From Pseudomonadota bacterium (lineage in GTDB: Bacteria; Desulfobacterota; Desulfobacteria; Desulfobacterales; JBDRRP01), in contig JBDRRP010000054.1 of the NCBI GenBank assembly GCA_043825735.1, forward strand, positions 1 to 59,012: a DNA stretch of 59,012 nt, given 5' to 3'. A model generated the notes under the pieces. It saw nothing but the letters and a program-made list of their open reading frames with translations. It searched no databases and was not told the DNA's origin. Shown piece after piece: positions 9,756-19,777 of this stretch. Position 1 is the stretch's first letter; every line of letters begins with the position of its first letter. The position numbers and the translations under genes are program-made.

Positions 9756-10211
9756 ATGCAACAGATCGAAACCATTCGCCAAAACATCCATGCGCTGCTG
9801 CGGGAACAGCAACTCGGTGTGCTGTCCACCATCGGGGAAAACGCCCCATATGCCAGCCTGGTTGCCACTGCGGTCTCCGATGACGACCGCTACCTGTACT
9901 TTGTCACGCCCCGGGCCACACGGAAGTTTGCCAATCTTTCCGTCAACCCCCAGGTCGCCCTGCTGGTCAATAACAGTATGAACCGCCCGGAGGATTTTCA
10001 CCGGGCCATGGCTGTCACGGCCACGGGAACCGTCGTGTCCACGCCGCCGGCTGACAGGGACAAGATACTCAGCCGCTACGTGGCCAAGCACCCCTATCTG
10101 GAAGACTTTGCCCGCTCCCCAAACTGCGCGCTGGTGGTCGTTCGGGTCGAGCGCTATATCCTGGTGCAGCGATTTCAGAACGTTACCGAATACCGGGTGG
10201 ACCATGACTGA
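9756..10211 (+). CDS. Pyridoxamine 5'-phosphate oxidase family protein
   Basis: LGVLST...PYASLV...F.TPRATRKFANL..NPQVALL motif. Confidence 0.85.
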   Translation: MQQIETIRQNIHALLREQQLGVLSTIGENAPYASLVATAVSDDDRYLYFVTPRATRKFANLSVNPQVALLVNNSMNRPEDFHRAMAVTATGTVVSTPPADRDKILSRYVAKHPYLEDFARSPNCALVVVRVERYILVQRFQNVTEYRVDHD

Positions 10212-11157
10212 AAATGTGAAAATCGGCATCAGTTCGTGTCTTCTGGGCAACAACGTGCGGTGGAACGGCGGCCATCAATTGGACCGTTTTCTGGCCGATA
10301 CGCTTGGGCAGTTCGTGGACTTCGTTCCGGTTTGCCCGGAGGCCGAATGCGGATTGGGCATCCCCCGCGAGACCCTGCGGTTGGTGGGCGATGTGGACAA
10401 CCCGCGGCTGGTCACCACCAAAACGAAGGTGGATAAAACCGCGCAGATGCAGGCTTGGGCGCGGCAGCGGCTTAAAGAACTCGAAAAGGAAGATCTTTGC
10501 GGCTTTATCTTCAAGTGCGATTCACCCAGCAGCGGGATGGTGCGGGTCAAGGTGTACAACGACTCCGGGATGCCGGAGAAAAAAGGCGTGGGGATCTTTG
10601 CCCGCATGTTCATGGACCATTTTCCGCGGGTGCCCGTGGAGGACGACGGCCGGCTTCACAACCCCGCCATCCGGGAAAACTACATCGAGCAGATCTTCAC
10701 TCTGAGGCGCTGGCGGGAAGTGCTGTCTTCCCGGCGCACCATGGGTAAACTGGTGGACTTTCACACCCGGCACAAACTGCTGATTCTGGCCCATGGCCAG
10801 CCGATCTATCGGGAGATGGGGCGGTTGGTCGCCACCGGCAAACAACTGCCGGCCGGTGCGCTGTTCGATCGCTACGAAGCGCTGCTGCTCGAGTCGCTGA
10901 AACTCAAGACCACGCCCAAGAAGCACATCAATGTGCTCGCCCACATGCTCGGGTATTTCAAAACGCAGCTTTCCGCCGACGAGAAGCAGGAAGTGCTGGA
11001 GATCATCGACCGCTACCGTGACGGGCACCTCCCGCTCATCGTGCCCATCACGCTGTTCAACCATTTTGTGCGAAAATACGGCATCGCGTACCTGGCGCAG
11101 CAGTATTATCTGAACCCGCACCCGGTGGAATTGCGACTTCGGACGTATTTGGTTTGA
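10204..11157 (+). CDS. DUF523 (2-thiouracil desulfurase-like) plus DUF1722 protein
   Basis: IGISSCLLG..VRWNGGH, VCPE..CGLG.PRE and SPSSG, then FH.RHK, NVL.HMLGYFK and Q.YL.PHP.EL. Overlaps the upstream stop. Confidence 0.9.
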   Translation: MTENVKIGISSCLLGNNVRWNGGHQLDRFLADTLGQFVDFVPVCPEAECGLGIPRETLRLVGDVDNPRLVTTKTKVDKTAQMQAWARQRLKELEKEDLCGFIFKCDSPSSGMVRVKVYNDSGMPEKKGVGIFARMFMDHFPRVPVEDDGRLHNPAIRENYIEQIFTLRRWREVLSSRRTMGKLVDFHTRHKLLILAHGQPIYREMGRLVATGKQLPAGALFDRYEALLLESLKLKTTPKKHINVLAHMLGYFKTQLSADEKQEVLEIIDRYRDGHLPLIVPITLFNHFVRKYGIAYLAQQYYLNPHPVELRLRTYLV

Positions 11158-11166
11158 GAGCGGGAT

Positions 11167-11445
11167 AACCACGAAGTACACGAAGGGCACGAAGAAAACT
11201 ACGAGGACAATTCGCGAATCAGGCTTCCACCGTCGCTACGCTATGGCGGACAGGCCCGTTGCAACAAGCCGCTTTGTGATACTTTTCGTGTGTTTTGTGT
11301 GTTTCGTGGTTGAAAGCAGTTACTGCGGTCAAAAGTGGAGATGGGATAGCGCTTGGTGCGCCCCCACAGCCAGAAACAGGTTATTATCTCTTTTTCTTCT
11401 GCCAAAAAAGAACCATAAACCACGAAACACACGAAACACACGAAA
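11167..11445. repeat. Cluster of CACGAA-type palindromic arms with an internal small element
   Basis: Arm 11167-11194 (three CACGAAG units); inverse arm 11284-11311; a further arm at 11418-11445 that is the near-perfect inverse of 11284-11311 (1 mismatch). Confidence 0.85.
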
Positions 11446-11550
11446 GAAAAATGGATAAACGATAACGGGCTGATCTACCCTAAAAAGCGTGCACCGGGCA
11501 GCGCCATGGCAACGGGGCCGCGCCTTTAATTTGTAGATAATTGCGAACAG

Positions 11551-11623
11551 TTTTAATATCAATCTGTTAACTTTGCGATCTCTGCGGCTTTGCGAGAGAT
11601 TCGGACTTTTTCGACTTTATCAA
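11551..11623. repeat. Right half of a composite MITE-like element (CGCAAAG subfamily)
   Basis: Collinear with 28711-28783: TTTAATATCAAT.TGTTAAC.TTGCGATC..TGCGGCTTTGCGAGAGATTCGG.CTTTTT. Confidence 0.8.
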
Positions 11624-11658
11624 AGAGTCCCCTTCACCATAGAGCGCCGCCTACGCCC

Positions 11659-12621
11659 ATGACCCAGATACCCGATACGACGTCGCCATCCAAAGGCTAC
11701 CGCTTCGTCATCGCCGCGGCGCTGTTGTGGGGCGTTTCCGGCTCGGCCGCCAAGTTTCTGTTCAACAGCGGGGTGACGCCGTTTCAGCTTGTCCAGGCGC
11801 GGCTGACCATCACCGCCGCCGGTCTTTTCATCTGGTTGGGGCTGCGCCATCGCGGCCTGCTGCGTATCGACAAAAAGGATATCGGTTATTTCGCGGTTTT
11901 CGGCGTGGTGGGCATGGCCGCCGTCCAGTTTACCTACCTTTTTGCCATCAGCAAGATCAACGTCGCCGCGGCCATTCTGCTCCAGTACATGGCGCCAATA
12001 TTCATCGTGCTCCATGCCGCGGTGTTTTCTCGGGAAAAACTCAGCCGCATCAATTTGGTGGCGCTGGCCGGGGCAACCGTCGGCTGTTACCTGGTGGTGG
12101 GTGCCTACAACCTGAATCTGCTTTCCATGAATCTCGCGGGCATCGCCAGTGGACTGCTGTCGGCCGTCTGTTTCGCCTGGTACTCCATCCACGGGGAATA
12201 CGGCATGCGCCGGTACCATCCCTGGACGGTGCTTTTTTACGCCATGGTCTTTGCCGCGCTCACCTGGAACATCTGCCACCCGCCGCTGGAAGTGTTTCGC
12301 CATGACTGGCGCTGGTCGCAGTGGCTGTGGATGTTTTACATCGGTATCCTGGGTACCCTGGTCCCTTTCGGTCTCTACCTGGAAGGCATTAACCTCATCC
12401 GCTCCACCCGGGCCAGCATCACCGCCACCCTGGAGCCCATCACCGCCGGGCTCATCGCGTATCTCTTTCTGGGCGAAGAGATGGCCGCCCTTCAGTTGCT
12501 GGGTGCTGCGCTGGTCATCGCCGCCATCATCCTTCTCCAGTTGACCAAGGCGCATGACGACAACGCCCCCGATCGTATCCGGGCCCGCCGGCAGGCCGCC
12601 GGCGACAACGCAAAAAGTTGA
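11659..12621 (+). CDS. DMT/EamA family transporter
   Basis: LWGVSG, AILLQYMAP and ASITATLEP motifs; about 10 TM helices. Confidence 0.9.
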   Translation: MTQIPDTTSPSKGYRFVIAAALLWGVSGSAAKFLFNSGVTPFQLVQARLTITAAGLFIWLGLRHRGLLRIDKKDIGYFAVFGVVGMAAVQFTYLFAISKINVAAAILLQYMAPIFIVLHAAVFSREKLSRINLVALAGATVGCYLVVGAYNLNLLSMNLAGIASGLLSAVCFAWYSIHGEYGMRRYHPWTVLFYAMVFAALTWNICHPPLEVFRHDWRWSQWLWMFYIGILGTLVPFGLYLEGINLIRSTRASITATLEPITAGLIAYLFLGEEMAALQLLGAALVIAAIILLQLTKAHDDNAPDRIRARRQAAGDNAKS

Positions 12622-12718
12622 TGGCCCCGTAAAAAGTCGGGATCTCTCGCAAAGACGCCAAGTACGCCAAGAAAAACATCATTAACTTTGCGATCTTTGC
12701 GACTTTGCGAGAGAATCG
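12618..12718. repeat. Composite MITE-like element (CGCAAAG subfamily)
   Basis: Outer end TTGATGGCCCCGTAAAAAGT, then inverted inner arms 12643-12671 and 12686-12714. Confidence 0.85.
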
Positions 12719-12768
12719 GTTTTGGGCGGCCTTTGGACGGAAGGCAACTATCGAACTGCAGATTGGGA

Positions 12769-12795
12769 CGCAGATGGACGCGGATAAACGCCGAT
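12769..12795. repeat. Solo 9-nt periodic arm (CGCNGAT)
   Basis: CGCAGAT-GG-A/CGCGGAT-AAA-CGCCGAT-like run; no clear partner arm. Confidence 0.5.
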
Positions 12796-12927
12796 AGAGA
12801 TTAGCGGCCTGCGGCCGGAAAACCGCCTGATAAACTTTTCACTTTTCACTGTCCCGATTCCTGAAATCCGAAAATCCGGGATGAATACGGCATCACCATT
12901 GAGAACGGCAACCTGGGGGCAACACTG

Positions 12928-14115
12928 ATGACCACCGGTCTTACCGCATTCGAAAAACGCCTGCGCCGGCGCATCATCGGCCGGGAGCAGGAATTTTTCA
13001 CGGTCGCGGCGCCGGGCCTGGAGGCGGTCTGCGCGGAAGAACTTTGCCGGCTGGGCGTTGCTGCCGGCGATCTTCACCCGGAGGTCGGCGGCATCGGGTT
13101 TTGCGGAAAACTGCCGTTGCTATACGCGGCCAATCTTCACCTGCGAACGGCCGGGCGCATTCTCATGCGCATTGCCGACCTTACCGCCGCCACCTTTGCC
13201 CGGCTGGAAACCGCTGCTGACGCCGTGGACTGGGATCTTTATCTTAAACCGGGTCAGCCGGTCCTGATCCACGTCACCACCCGGCAGTGCCGTCTATACC
13301 ACACCGGCGCCGTGGCCGGGCGGTTGCAGATGGCTATCGGCCGCCGGCTGGGCACCACCGTTGACGCAACTGCCGGCGACGAGATCCCCCAGAGGTTGTT
13401 TGTGAAGGGGGCATCGGATCGGTTCACGATCTCCCTGGACAGCAGCGGCGCCCTGCTCCACAAACGGGGGCCGAAACGGCAGGTGGGGGCGGCTCCCATC
13501 CGGGAAACCCTCGCGGCGGCTGCGCTGATCATGGCCGGGCACACCCCGGACTCACCGGTGGTGGATCCCATGTGCGGCAGCGGCACTTTCAGCCTGGAGG
13601 CCGCCATGATGGCCGCGCGGATTCCGCCGGGCTGGTACCGGGACTTCGCCTTTTTCGGGTGGCCCTGCTTCAGCGCAGCGGCGTGGGGCCATATCCGTAA
13701 AACAGCAATGGAACGGATCGATGTGAAACCCGGTCCTGTTCGGATTTTTGCCTCGGACATCCGTGCCGATGCCGTGGCTGCTCTGGGCAAGGTGGCTGCG
13801 CAGATGGGCGTGGGCGGGCGAATGGCTCTGGCAGTGCAAGATTTTTATGCCGTCGACGGCGCCCGGGTAACGGGCGGGCCGGGGACTGTTGTGCTGAATC
13901 CACCCTACGGCCTCAGGCTGGGGCGCCGAAACGACGTTCGTCAGGACTTCCCACGCATTCGCGACCACCTCAGGCGCGGATTTTCCGGGTGGCGGGCGGC
14001 GGTTTTTTGCCCGGTGGACGAGGCCTCTGCGTTCAAGGGACTTGGCCTGCGCGAAACGCACGTCCCTCACGGCGGACTGCGCCTGGTCCTGTTCACCGGC
14101 CGCCTTCCCGGTTGA
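12928..14115 (+). CDS. THUMP-domain RNA m2G methyltransferase (RlmL-like)
   Basis: PGLE...EEL, ANLHLRTAGRIL, SLDSSG.LLHKRG, APIRETLAAA, DPMCGSGT and NPPYG motifs. Confidence 0.9.
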   Translation: MTTGLTAFEKRLRRRIIGREQEFFTVAAPGLEAVCAEELCRLGVAAGDLHPEVGGIGFCGKLPLLYAANLHLRTAGRILMRIADLTAATFARLETAADAVDWDLYLKPGQPVLIHVTTRQCRLYHTGAVAGRLQMAIGRRLGTTVDATAGDEIPQRLFVKGASDRFTISLDSSGALLHKRGPKRQVGAAPIRETLAAAALIMAGHTPDSPVVDPMCGSGTFSLEAAMMAARIPPGWYRDFAFFGWPCFSAAAWGHIRKTAMERIDVKPGPVRIFASDIRADAVAALGKVAAQMGVGGRMALAVQDFYAVDGARVTGGPGTVVLNPPYGLRLGRRNDVRQDFPRIRDHLRRGFSGWRAAVFCPVDEASAFKGLGLRETHVPHGGLRLVLFTGRLPG

Positions 14116-14160
14116 GCCGGAAAACGGCGGGTTGAGAAAAGGATCAAAGAACGGTAGAGA

Positions 14161-16341
14161 ATGTCCATTCACAATAGGAGGCCGTTGATGAAACCCGGAA
14201 TCACCATCGAAAGGGATGCTCACGGCATTGCCCACATCACGGCGGAAAGCCGCGACGACGTCTACTGGGGTGAGGGCTATGCGCACGCTACCGATCGCGG
14301 ACTGCAGATGCTGCTCATGCGGGTCCTGGGTCAGGGCCGGCTGTGCGAGTGCCTCGAAGACAGCACCCAGAGCCTGGGCATTGACCGGTTTTTCAGGAAA
14401 ATGAACTGGCGGTGCGGCGCCGAAGCCGTGGTGCGCGATCTTCCCGAAGATCACCGGCAAAAACTGGCCGCCTACGTGGAAGGGATCAATGCGGCCATGC
14501 GCCGAAAGACCCCGTGGGAGTTCAAGCTGGCCGGCTACCGGCCGGAGCCGTGGACGGCCCTGGATACGGTTTTGCTGCTGCGAATGATGGGCTATCTCAC
14601 GCTGTCGCAGTCCCAGGCGGAAATCGAGCGGTTCATCGTGGAGATGATCCAGGCCGGCATTGACCGCGAGCGGCTGGAGGCCCTGTTCCCCGGCCGGCTC
14701 GGCGGGCTCGAGATGGATCTGGTGGCTTCCGTCACACTGGGCGAGCGCATTGTGCCCGCCGGCAGCCTCTGGAACCTGGCGCTGCCCCGGATGATGGCAT
14801 CCAACAACTGGGTCGTCTCGGGCACCAAGACCGCTTCGGGAAAACCCATCGTGGCCAACGACCCACACCTGGAAACCAACCGGCTGCCCAATGTCTGGTA
14901 CGAGGTGGCGCTGGTCTCACGGGATCGCTGGATCACGGGGGCGTCCATGCCCGGCATCCCCGGGGTGCTCACCGGGCGCACCCCGGATGTGGCCTGGGGG
15001 GTGACCTATGCCTTTATGGACACCATCGACTCCTGGATCGAGCGCTGCCGGGACGGGAAGTATTTCCGTGACGGCCAGTGGGAGCCGTTCACCGAGCGCC
15101 GGGAAACCATCGCGCGCAAAAAACATCCGGCCGAGACCGTGGTGTTTTACGAAAACCACCACGGGGTGCTCGACGGCGATCCTCACATCGAGGGAAACTA
15201 CCTGAGCACGAAGTGGTCGGGCGACAGTGTGGGACCGCGGATTTTTGACGTGGCATTCTACATCTGGGATATATCCAGAACCGCGGAGGCCCTGGACCTA
15301 ATGGGACGCGTGGAAACCGATTGGAGTTTTGTGGCCGCCGACACCGGCGGCGACATCGGATTCCAGATGTCGGGGCTCATGCCGCGGCGGCCCGATGGGG
15401 TCAGCGGTCTTGTGCCCCTGCCCGGCTGGGATCCGGCCAACGACTGGCAGGGCTTCGTGGACGCGGCCGATTTGCCGCGGGCCTTCAATCCGGAGGAAGG
15501 GTTTTTCACCACCACCAACCAGGATCTCAACGCCTACGGCATCGCGGCGCCGGCCAACGCCCCCATGGGGCCCTACCGGGCTGAGCGCATCGCCAGCCTG
15601 CTCGCCGGAAAAACCGATCTCACCGTCGAGGACATGTGCCGCATGCACTACGACGTCTATTCCACCCAGGCCGAGCGCTTCATGGCCCTATTGCGGCCGC
15701 TGCTGCCCGATACCGAGCCCGGGCGCATTCTGGGAGACTGGGATCTTTGCTACGACGCCGAGTCGACAGGGGCGTTTCTCTTCGAGGCCGTCTATTCGGC
15801 GCTCTACCGGGAAGTATTCGGGGTTAGCGGGATCGGAACTGCGGTCATTGACTTTCTGGCGGCGGAAACGGGGCTTTTTGTCGATTTCTACCTTGCCTTT
15901 GATACCGTGCTGCTCTCGGCGTCTTCACCATGGTTCGGCGGCCGCAGTCGGGAACAGGTCTACCGGGCGGCCCTGTCATCCGGTTTGTCCGCAGACATCC
16001 GGCCGTGGGGGGAGACGCGGCAGTTTACCATGACCCACATTTTCTTCGGTGGTAAGCTGCCCGGCTGGCTGGGCTTCGATTATGGCCCGGTGACCGGCAT
16101 TGGCAACAGGGCCACGATTCACCAGGGGCAGATTTACCGCAGCGCGGATCGGGCGACGACATTTTTTGCGAGCCTTCGCATGGTGAGTGATCTTGCCGAG
16201 GCGTGCACCCACACCAATCTGGCCGGCGGCCCCTCCGACCGGCGGTTTTCCCGCTGGTACACCACCGACATCGCCAACTGGCTGACCGGAAAATACAAGC
16301 GGCTGGGTCCACGGGTGGGGGCCGTATCGCATCCGTTGTGA
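14161..16341 (+). CDS. Penicillin acylase family (Ntn-hydrolase) protein
   Basis: RDAHGIAHI, GYAHATDR, A|SNNW nucleophile and ANDPHL. True start may be 14188 (GGAGG upstream). Confidence 0.92.
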   Translation: MSIHNRRPLMKPGITIERDAHGIAHITAESRDDVYWGEGYAHATDRGLQMLLMRVLGQGRLCECLEDSTQSLGIDRFFRKMNWRCGAEAVVRDLPEDHRQKLAAYVEGINAAMRRKTPWEFKLAGYRPEPWTALDTVLLLRMMGYLTLSQSQAEIERFIVEMIQAGIDRERLEALFPGRLGGLEMDLVASVTLGERIVPAGSLWNLALPRMMASNNWVVSGTKTASGKPIVANDPHLETNRLPNVWYEVALVSRDRWITGASMPGIPGVLTGRTPDVAWGVTYAFMDTIDSWIERCRDGKYFRDGQWEPFTERRETIARKKHPAETVVFYENHHGVLDGDPHIEGNYLSTKWSGDSVGPRIFDVAFYIWDISRTAEALDLMGRVETDWSFVAADTGGDIGFQMSGLMPRRPDGVSGLVPLPGWDPANDWQGFVDAADLPRAFNPEEGFFTTTNQDLNAYGIAAPANAPMGPYRAERIASLLAGKTDLTVEDMCRMHYDVYSTQAERFMALLRPLLPDTEPGRILGDWDLCYDAESTGAFLFEAVYSALYREVFGVSGIGTAVIDFLAAETGLFVDFYLAFDTVLLSASSPWFGGRSREQVYRAALSSGLSADIRPWGETRQFTMTHIFFGGKLPGWLGFDYGPVTGIGNRATIHQGQIYRSADRATTFFASLRMVSDLAEACTHTNLAGGPSDRRFSRWYTTDIANWLTGKYKRLGPRVGAVSHPL

Positions 16342-16522
16342 CGGCCCGCGCGTGTTGACAGGCCGCCGGCGCCGCACTAAGAAAGTGGGCTCCCGTGAAG
16401 CGGCCATCTTTAGATCGTGTGCCGCGCCCGGCCGAAGGCGCCGCCAAAAGCCAATAATCACCACGGAGAGACCCGCTGGTGCGTTCTGAATAAATTGACT
16501 ACCCCCGGAGAAGAACAAAGAC

Positions 16523-17302
16523 ATGCTGCACTGGAACGTCAATCCGATTTTCTTTTCTGTGGGACCGGTGTCCGTCAGATGGTACGGGCTGCTGTTTGCC
16601 GCCGGCTTTCTGATCGGCCTGGTAATGATCCGTTGGATGTTTCAGCGCGAGGGGCGCCCCCTGGAGGACACCGACCGGCTGTTCAACTATATGGCCCTGG
16701 GCACCATCGTGGGCGCGCGTCTGGGGCACTGCCTGTTCTACGAGCCGGCCTACTACCTCAGCCATCCGATCGCCATTCTCAAAATCTGGGAGGGCGGGCT
16801 CGCCAGCCACGGAGCATTCATCGGGATCATCATCGCGGTGTGGTTCTATTCGCGCCGGCGCCGCGAGCAGCCGCTGCTCTGGGTGCTCGACCGGGCCTGC
16901 GTGCCCACCATTCTGGCCGGCAGCCTGATCCGGCTGGGCAATCTGTTCAATTCCGAAATCGTGGGCATTCCTACGGATGTGCCCTGGGCAGTGGTCTTCG
17001 AGCGGGTGGACAGTCTGCCCCGCCACCCTTCGCAGATCTACGAATCCATGTCGTACGCGGCGATTTTTGTCCTGCTCTGGGTGCTTTATCGCCGCTGGGC
17101 CGGAAAAATGCGCGACGGCAGGCTTTTCGGTGTCTTTCTGACGGCTGTTTTCGGCGTGCGCTTTTTTATCGAGATCACCAAGACCCGCCAAGCCGCCTTT
17201 GGCCACGATTTCCCGCTTAGCATGGGTCAGATACTCAGCATCCCGCTGGTGGCCCTCGGGCTGTGGCTGCTCTTCAGAAAACGCGGATCACCGGCGCCGT
17301 GA
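16523..17302 (+). CDS. lgt: Prolipoprotein diacylglyceryl transferase
   Basis: RWYG, GARLGH..FY, WEGGLASHG, RLGNLFNSE and HPSQIYE motifs. Confidence 0.96.
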   Translation: MLHWNVNPIFFSVGPVSVRWYGLLFAAGFLIGLVMIRWMFQREGRPLEDTDRLFNYMALGTIVGARLGHCLFYEPAYYLSHPIAILKIWEGGLASHGAFIGIIIAVWFYSRRRREQPLLWVLDRACVPTILAGSLIRLGNLFNSEIVGIPTDVPWAVVFERVDSLPRHPSQIYESMSYAAIFVLLWVLYRRWAGKMRDGRLFGVFLTAVFGVRFFIEITKTRQAAFGHDFPLSMGQILSIPLVALGLWLLFRKRGSPAP

Positions 17303-17335
17303 CGATGGCGGCCGGCTTCGGAGCAATGAATGTGA

Positions 17336-17420
17336 ACCACGGAGTCACGGAGGACACGGAGATTTTAGTGTCAAACTCAACTGCTTTTGTTTTTCTCCGT
17401 GTTCTCCGTGACTCCGTGGT
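17336..17420. repeat. Palindromic element, CACGGAG subfamily
   Basis: 26-bp arms 17336-17361 and 17395-17420 with one G.T mismatch, around an AT-rich spacer. Confidence 0.9.
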
Positions 17421-17513
17421 AATATCATTTTTTCGATTGCAACGGCTTCCGGCCGTAGCTTGCGCTTTCTGGATAAGCGTAAATGTTATTTGACCGATAT
17501 AAGGAGCTCTTCG

Positions 17514-18314
17514 ATGACGATAACCCCTGAAAGCGTGTGGGCCGACGTGGACCGGATTCGCGCCAAGGCGCCCCTGGTCCACAATATTACCAATTTCGTG
17601 GTGATGAACACCACGGCCAACGCACTGCTGGCCATCGGCGCCTCACCGGTGATGGCCCATGCTGAAGACGAGGTGGTCGACATGGTGGGCATTGCCGCCG
17701 CCCTGGTGATCAACATCGGCACGCTGCGCGGTCCGTGGATCGCCGCTATGCACACGGCCGCGGCCGCTGCACGGAAAAAGGGCATCCCCATTGTTTTGGA
17801 CCCGGTGGGGGTGGGCGCCACCCGGTACCGGACGGATACGGCAAAAGCGCTCATGGAAACCGCCTCGCCGACGATCATCCGCGGTAATGCCTCGGAGATC
17901 CAGGCTCTGGCGGGAGCCGCCGCGGCCACCAAGGGCGTCGATGCCACCGCCGCCTCATCGGCGGCGCTGGATGCCGGCCGTGCCCTTCACGGGGCGCTGG
18001 GCAGTGTGGTGTGCATCAGCGGAGAGACCGACTACATCATCGGCGCAAAGGCCGTGGTCGCTGTCGCTAACGGACATCCCATGATGCCGCGGGTCACCGG
18101 GCTCGGTTGCACGGCCAGCGCGCTGTGCGGCGCGTTTGCTGCGGTGAACTCGGACGCCGCGGCCGCAACGGCGCATGCCATGGTGGTCATGGGCATCGCC
18201 GGAGAGATGGCCGCTATCGCGGCGGCGGGGCCCGGATCCCTGCAGACCCGGTTTATCGACGCCCTCTATCAGCTCCAGGCCGAAGACATCCACCGCCTGA
18301 TGCGCATCGGGTGA
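17514..18314 (+). CDS. thiM: Hydroxyethylthiazole kinase
   Basis: PLVHNITNFV, GASPVMA, INIGT, LDPVG, RGNASEI and TGLGC motifs; AAGGAG RBS. Confidence 0.95.
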   Translation: MTITPESVWADVDRIRAKAPLVHNITNFVVMNTTANALLAIGASPVMAHAEDEVVDMVGIAAALVINIGTLRGPWIAAMHTAAAAARKKGIPIVLDPVGVGATRYRTDTAKALMETASPTIIRGNASEIQALAGAAAATKGVDATAASSAALDAGRALHGALGSVVCISGETDYIIGAKAVVAVANGHPMMPRVTGLGCTASALCGAFAAVNSDAAAATAHAMVVMGIAGEMAAIAAAGPGSLQTRFIDALYQLQAEDIHRLMRIG

Positions 18315-18318
18315 GTCC

Positions 18319-18960
18319 ATGGACGGCGTCTATCTGGTGACGGACCGGCCCTTGTGCGGCTCTCGGGAACTGGCGGCGGTGGTGGCAGCGGCCGCCGGCG
18401 CCGGGGTGTCGGCGGTGCAGTTGCGGGAAAAGCACGCCACGACCCGGCAGTTCATGGAAACGGCGCAAATGATTCTCGCACTGCTCAGGCCCCGGGGCAT
18501 CCCGCTCATTATCAACGACCGCATCGATGTGGCGCTGGCCGTGGGGGCCGACGGAGTGCATGTGGGCCAGACGGACATGCCCGCGGCGATCGCCCGGCAG
18601 CTCATGGGACCCGGCGCCATCATCGGGCTGTCCGTGGAGACCTGGATCGATGTGGTGGCTGCCGAGGATCTCGATGTGACCTATCTTGGCATCAGCCCGG
18701 TATTTGAAACGCCCACCAAGACCGACACCGGCATCGCCTGGGGTCTGGCGGGGGTCGCCCGCATACGGGCATTTTCCCGCCACCCGCTGGTGGCCATCGG
18801 CGGTCTGAATGCCGACAACGCCGCGGATGTGGTGGCGGCCGGCGCCGACAGCATCGCCGTAGTATCAGCCATCTGCGCTGCGGCCGATCCCGCGCAGGCT
18901 GTCCGGCATCTGAAGCGGGCCGTCGACGCCGGTCGCGCGCGAAGGAGAATACGTTTATGA
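18319..18960 (+). CDS. thiE: Thiamine-phosphate synthase
   Basis: YLVTD, VQLREK, INDR.D.A, GVHVGQ.D, TPTK and AIGG motifs. Confidence 0.95.
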   Translation: MDGVYLVTDRPLCGSRELAAVVAAAAGAGVSAVQLREKHATTRQFMETAQMILALLRPRGIPLIINDRIDVALAVGADGVHVGQTDMPAAIARQLMGPGAIIGLSVETWIDVVAAEDLDVTYLGISPVFETPTKTDTGIAWGLAGVARIRAFSRHPLVAIGGLNADNAADVVAAGADSIAVVSAICAAADPAQAVRHLKRAVDAGRARRRIRL

Positions 18961-19766
18961 AACAGTATCACCGTGCCCTCACCATTGCCGGTTCCGACAG
19001 CGGCGGCGGCGCCGGAATCCAGGCGGATCTGAAGACGTTCAGCGCCCTGGGATGCTTTGGCATGTCGGTCATCACGGCCCTCACGGCTCAGAACACCCTG
19101 GCGGTGACGGCGATACACAGCCTGCCTGCCGCCTTTATCGCCGCGCAGCTCGACGCGGTGCTGGGAGACATCGGGGTGGATGCCGTCAAGATCGGCATGC
19201 TGCATTCTCCGGAAGTCATTGCCGCGGTGGTCCAGGGGCTGCGTCGTCACGGGGTGGGCAATATCGTCGTCGATCCGGTGATGGTGGCAAAAAGCGGGGA
19301 CACGCTGCTCAGGAAAGACGCCGTAGACGCTTTGCGCGATGTCCTTTTGCCCATGGCCGATCTCATTACCCCGAACCTGCCCGAGGCATCGGTGCTGCTG
19401 GACCGGCCGGTGGTCGGCATCGATGACATGGAACCCGCCGCGCGGGATCTGGCCGCTTTGGGGTGCGGCGCCGTGTTGATCAAGGGGGGGCACTTGAATG
19501 ACTCCGAGAGCATCGATATTCTCTACCTGGCCGATTCCGGTCTCGTCCTCCCACTGACGGCGCTGCGGGTGGACACCCTCAACACCCACGGCACCGGCTG
19601 CACCCTGAGTTCGGCGGTGGCCGCCGGCCTGGCCCGCGGGCGATCCATGGAAGACGCTGTCCGTGAGGCCAAGTCTTTTGTTACCGGGGCCATCCGGGCT
19701 GCCGCGGATTATCAGATCGGCGGCGGCCATGGCCCGGTTCACCACTTCCACGCCTTCTGGCGCTGA
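18957..19766 (+). CDS. thiD: Hydroxymethylpyrimidine/phosphomethylpyrimidine kinase
   Basis: [36 protein letters not shown] and THGTGC motifs. Confidence 0.96.
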   Translation: MKQYHRALTIAGSDSGGGAGIQADLKTFSALGCFGMSVITALTAQNTLAVTAIHSLPAAFIAAQLDAVLGDIGVDAVKIGMLHSPEVIAAVVQGLRRHGVGNIVVDPVMVAKSGDTLLRKDAVDALRDVLLPMADLITPNLPEASVLLDRPVVGIDDMEPAARDLAALGCGAVLIKGGHLNDSESIDILYLADSGLVLPLTALRVDTLNTHGTGCTLSSAVAAGLARGRSMEDAVREAKSFVTGAIRAAADYQIGGGHGPVHHFHAFWR

Positions 19767-19777
19767 GCTGCGTTGTC

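Noticed and set aside
11241..11562. Short ORFs such as CFVCFVV and RNTRNTRK (also 3094-3297, 27836-28162, 28769-29074, 39109-39537, 50246-50440)
   Set aside because: Their low-complexity peptides come from reading through the palindromic arms.
17303..17513. TPP riboswitch upstream of thiM
   Set aside because: No CTGAGA or ACCTGA..GGGA core was found; the hairpin here is a dispersed palindromic element.
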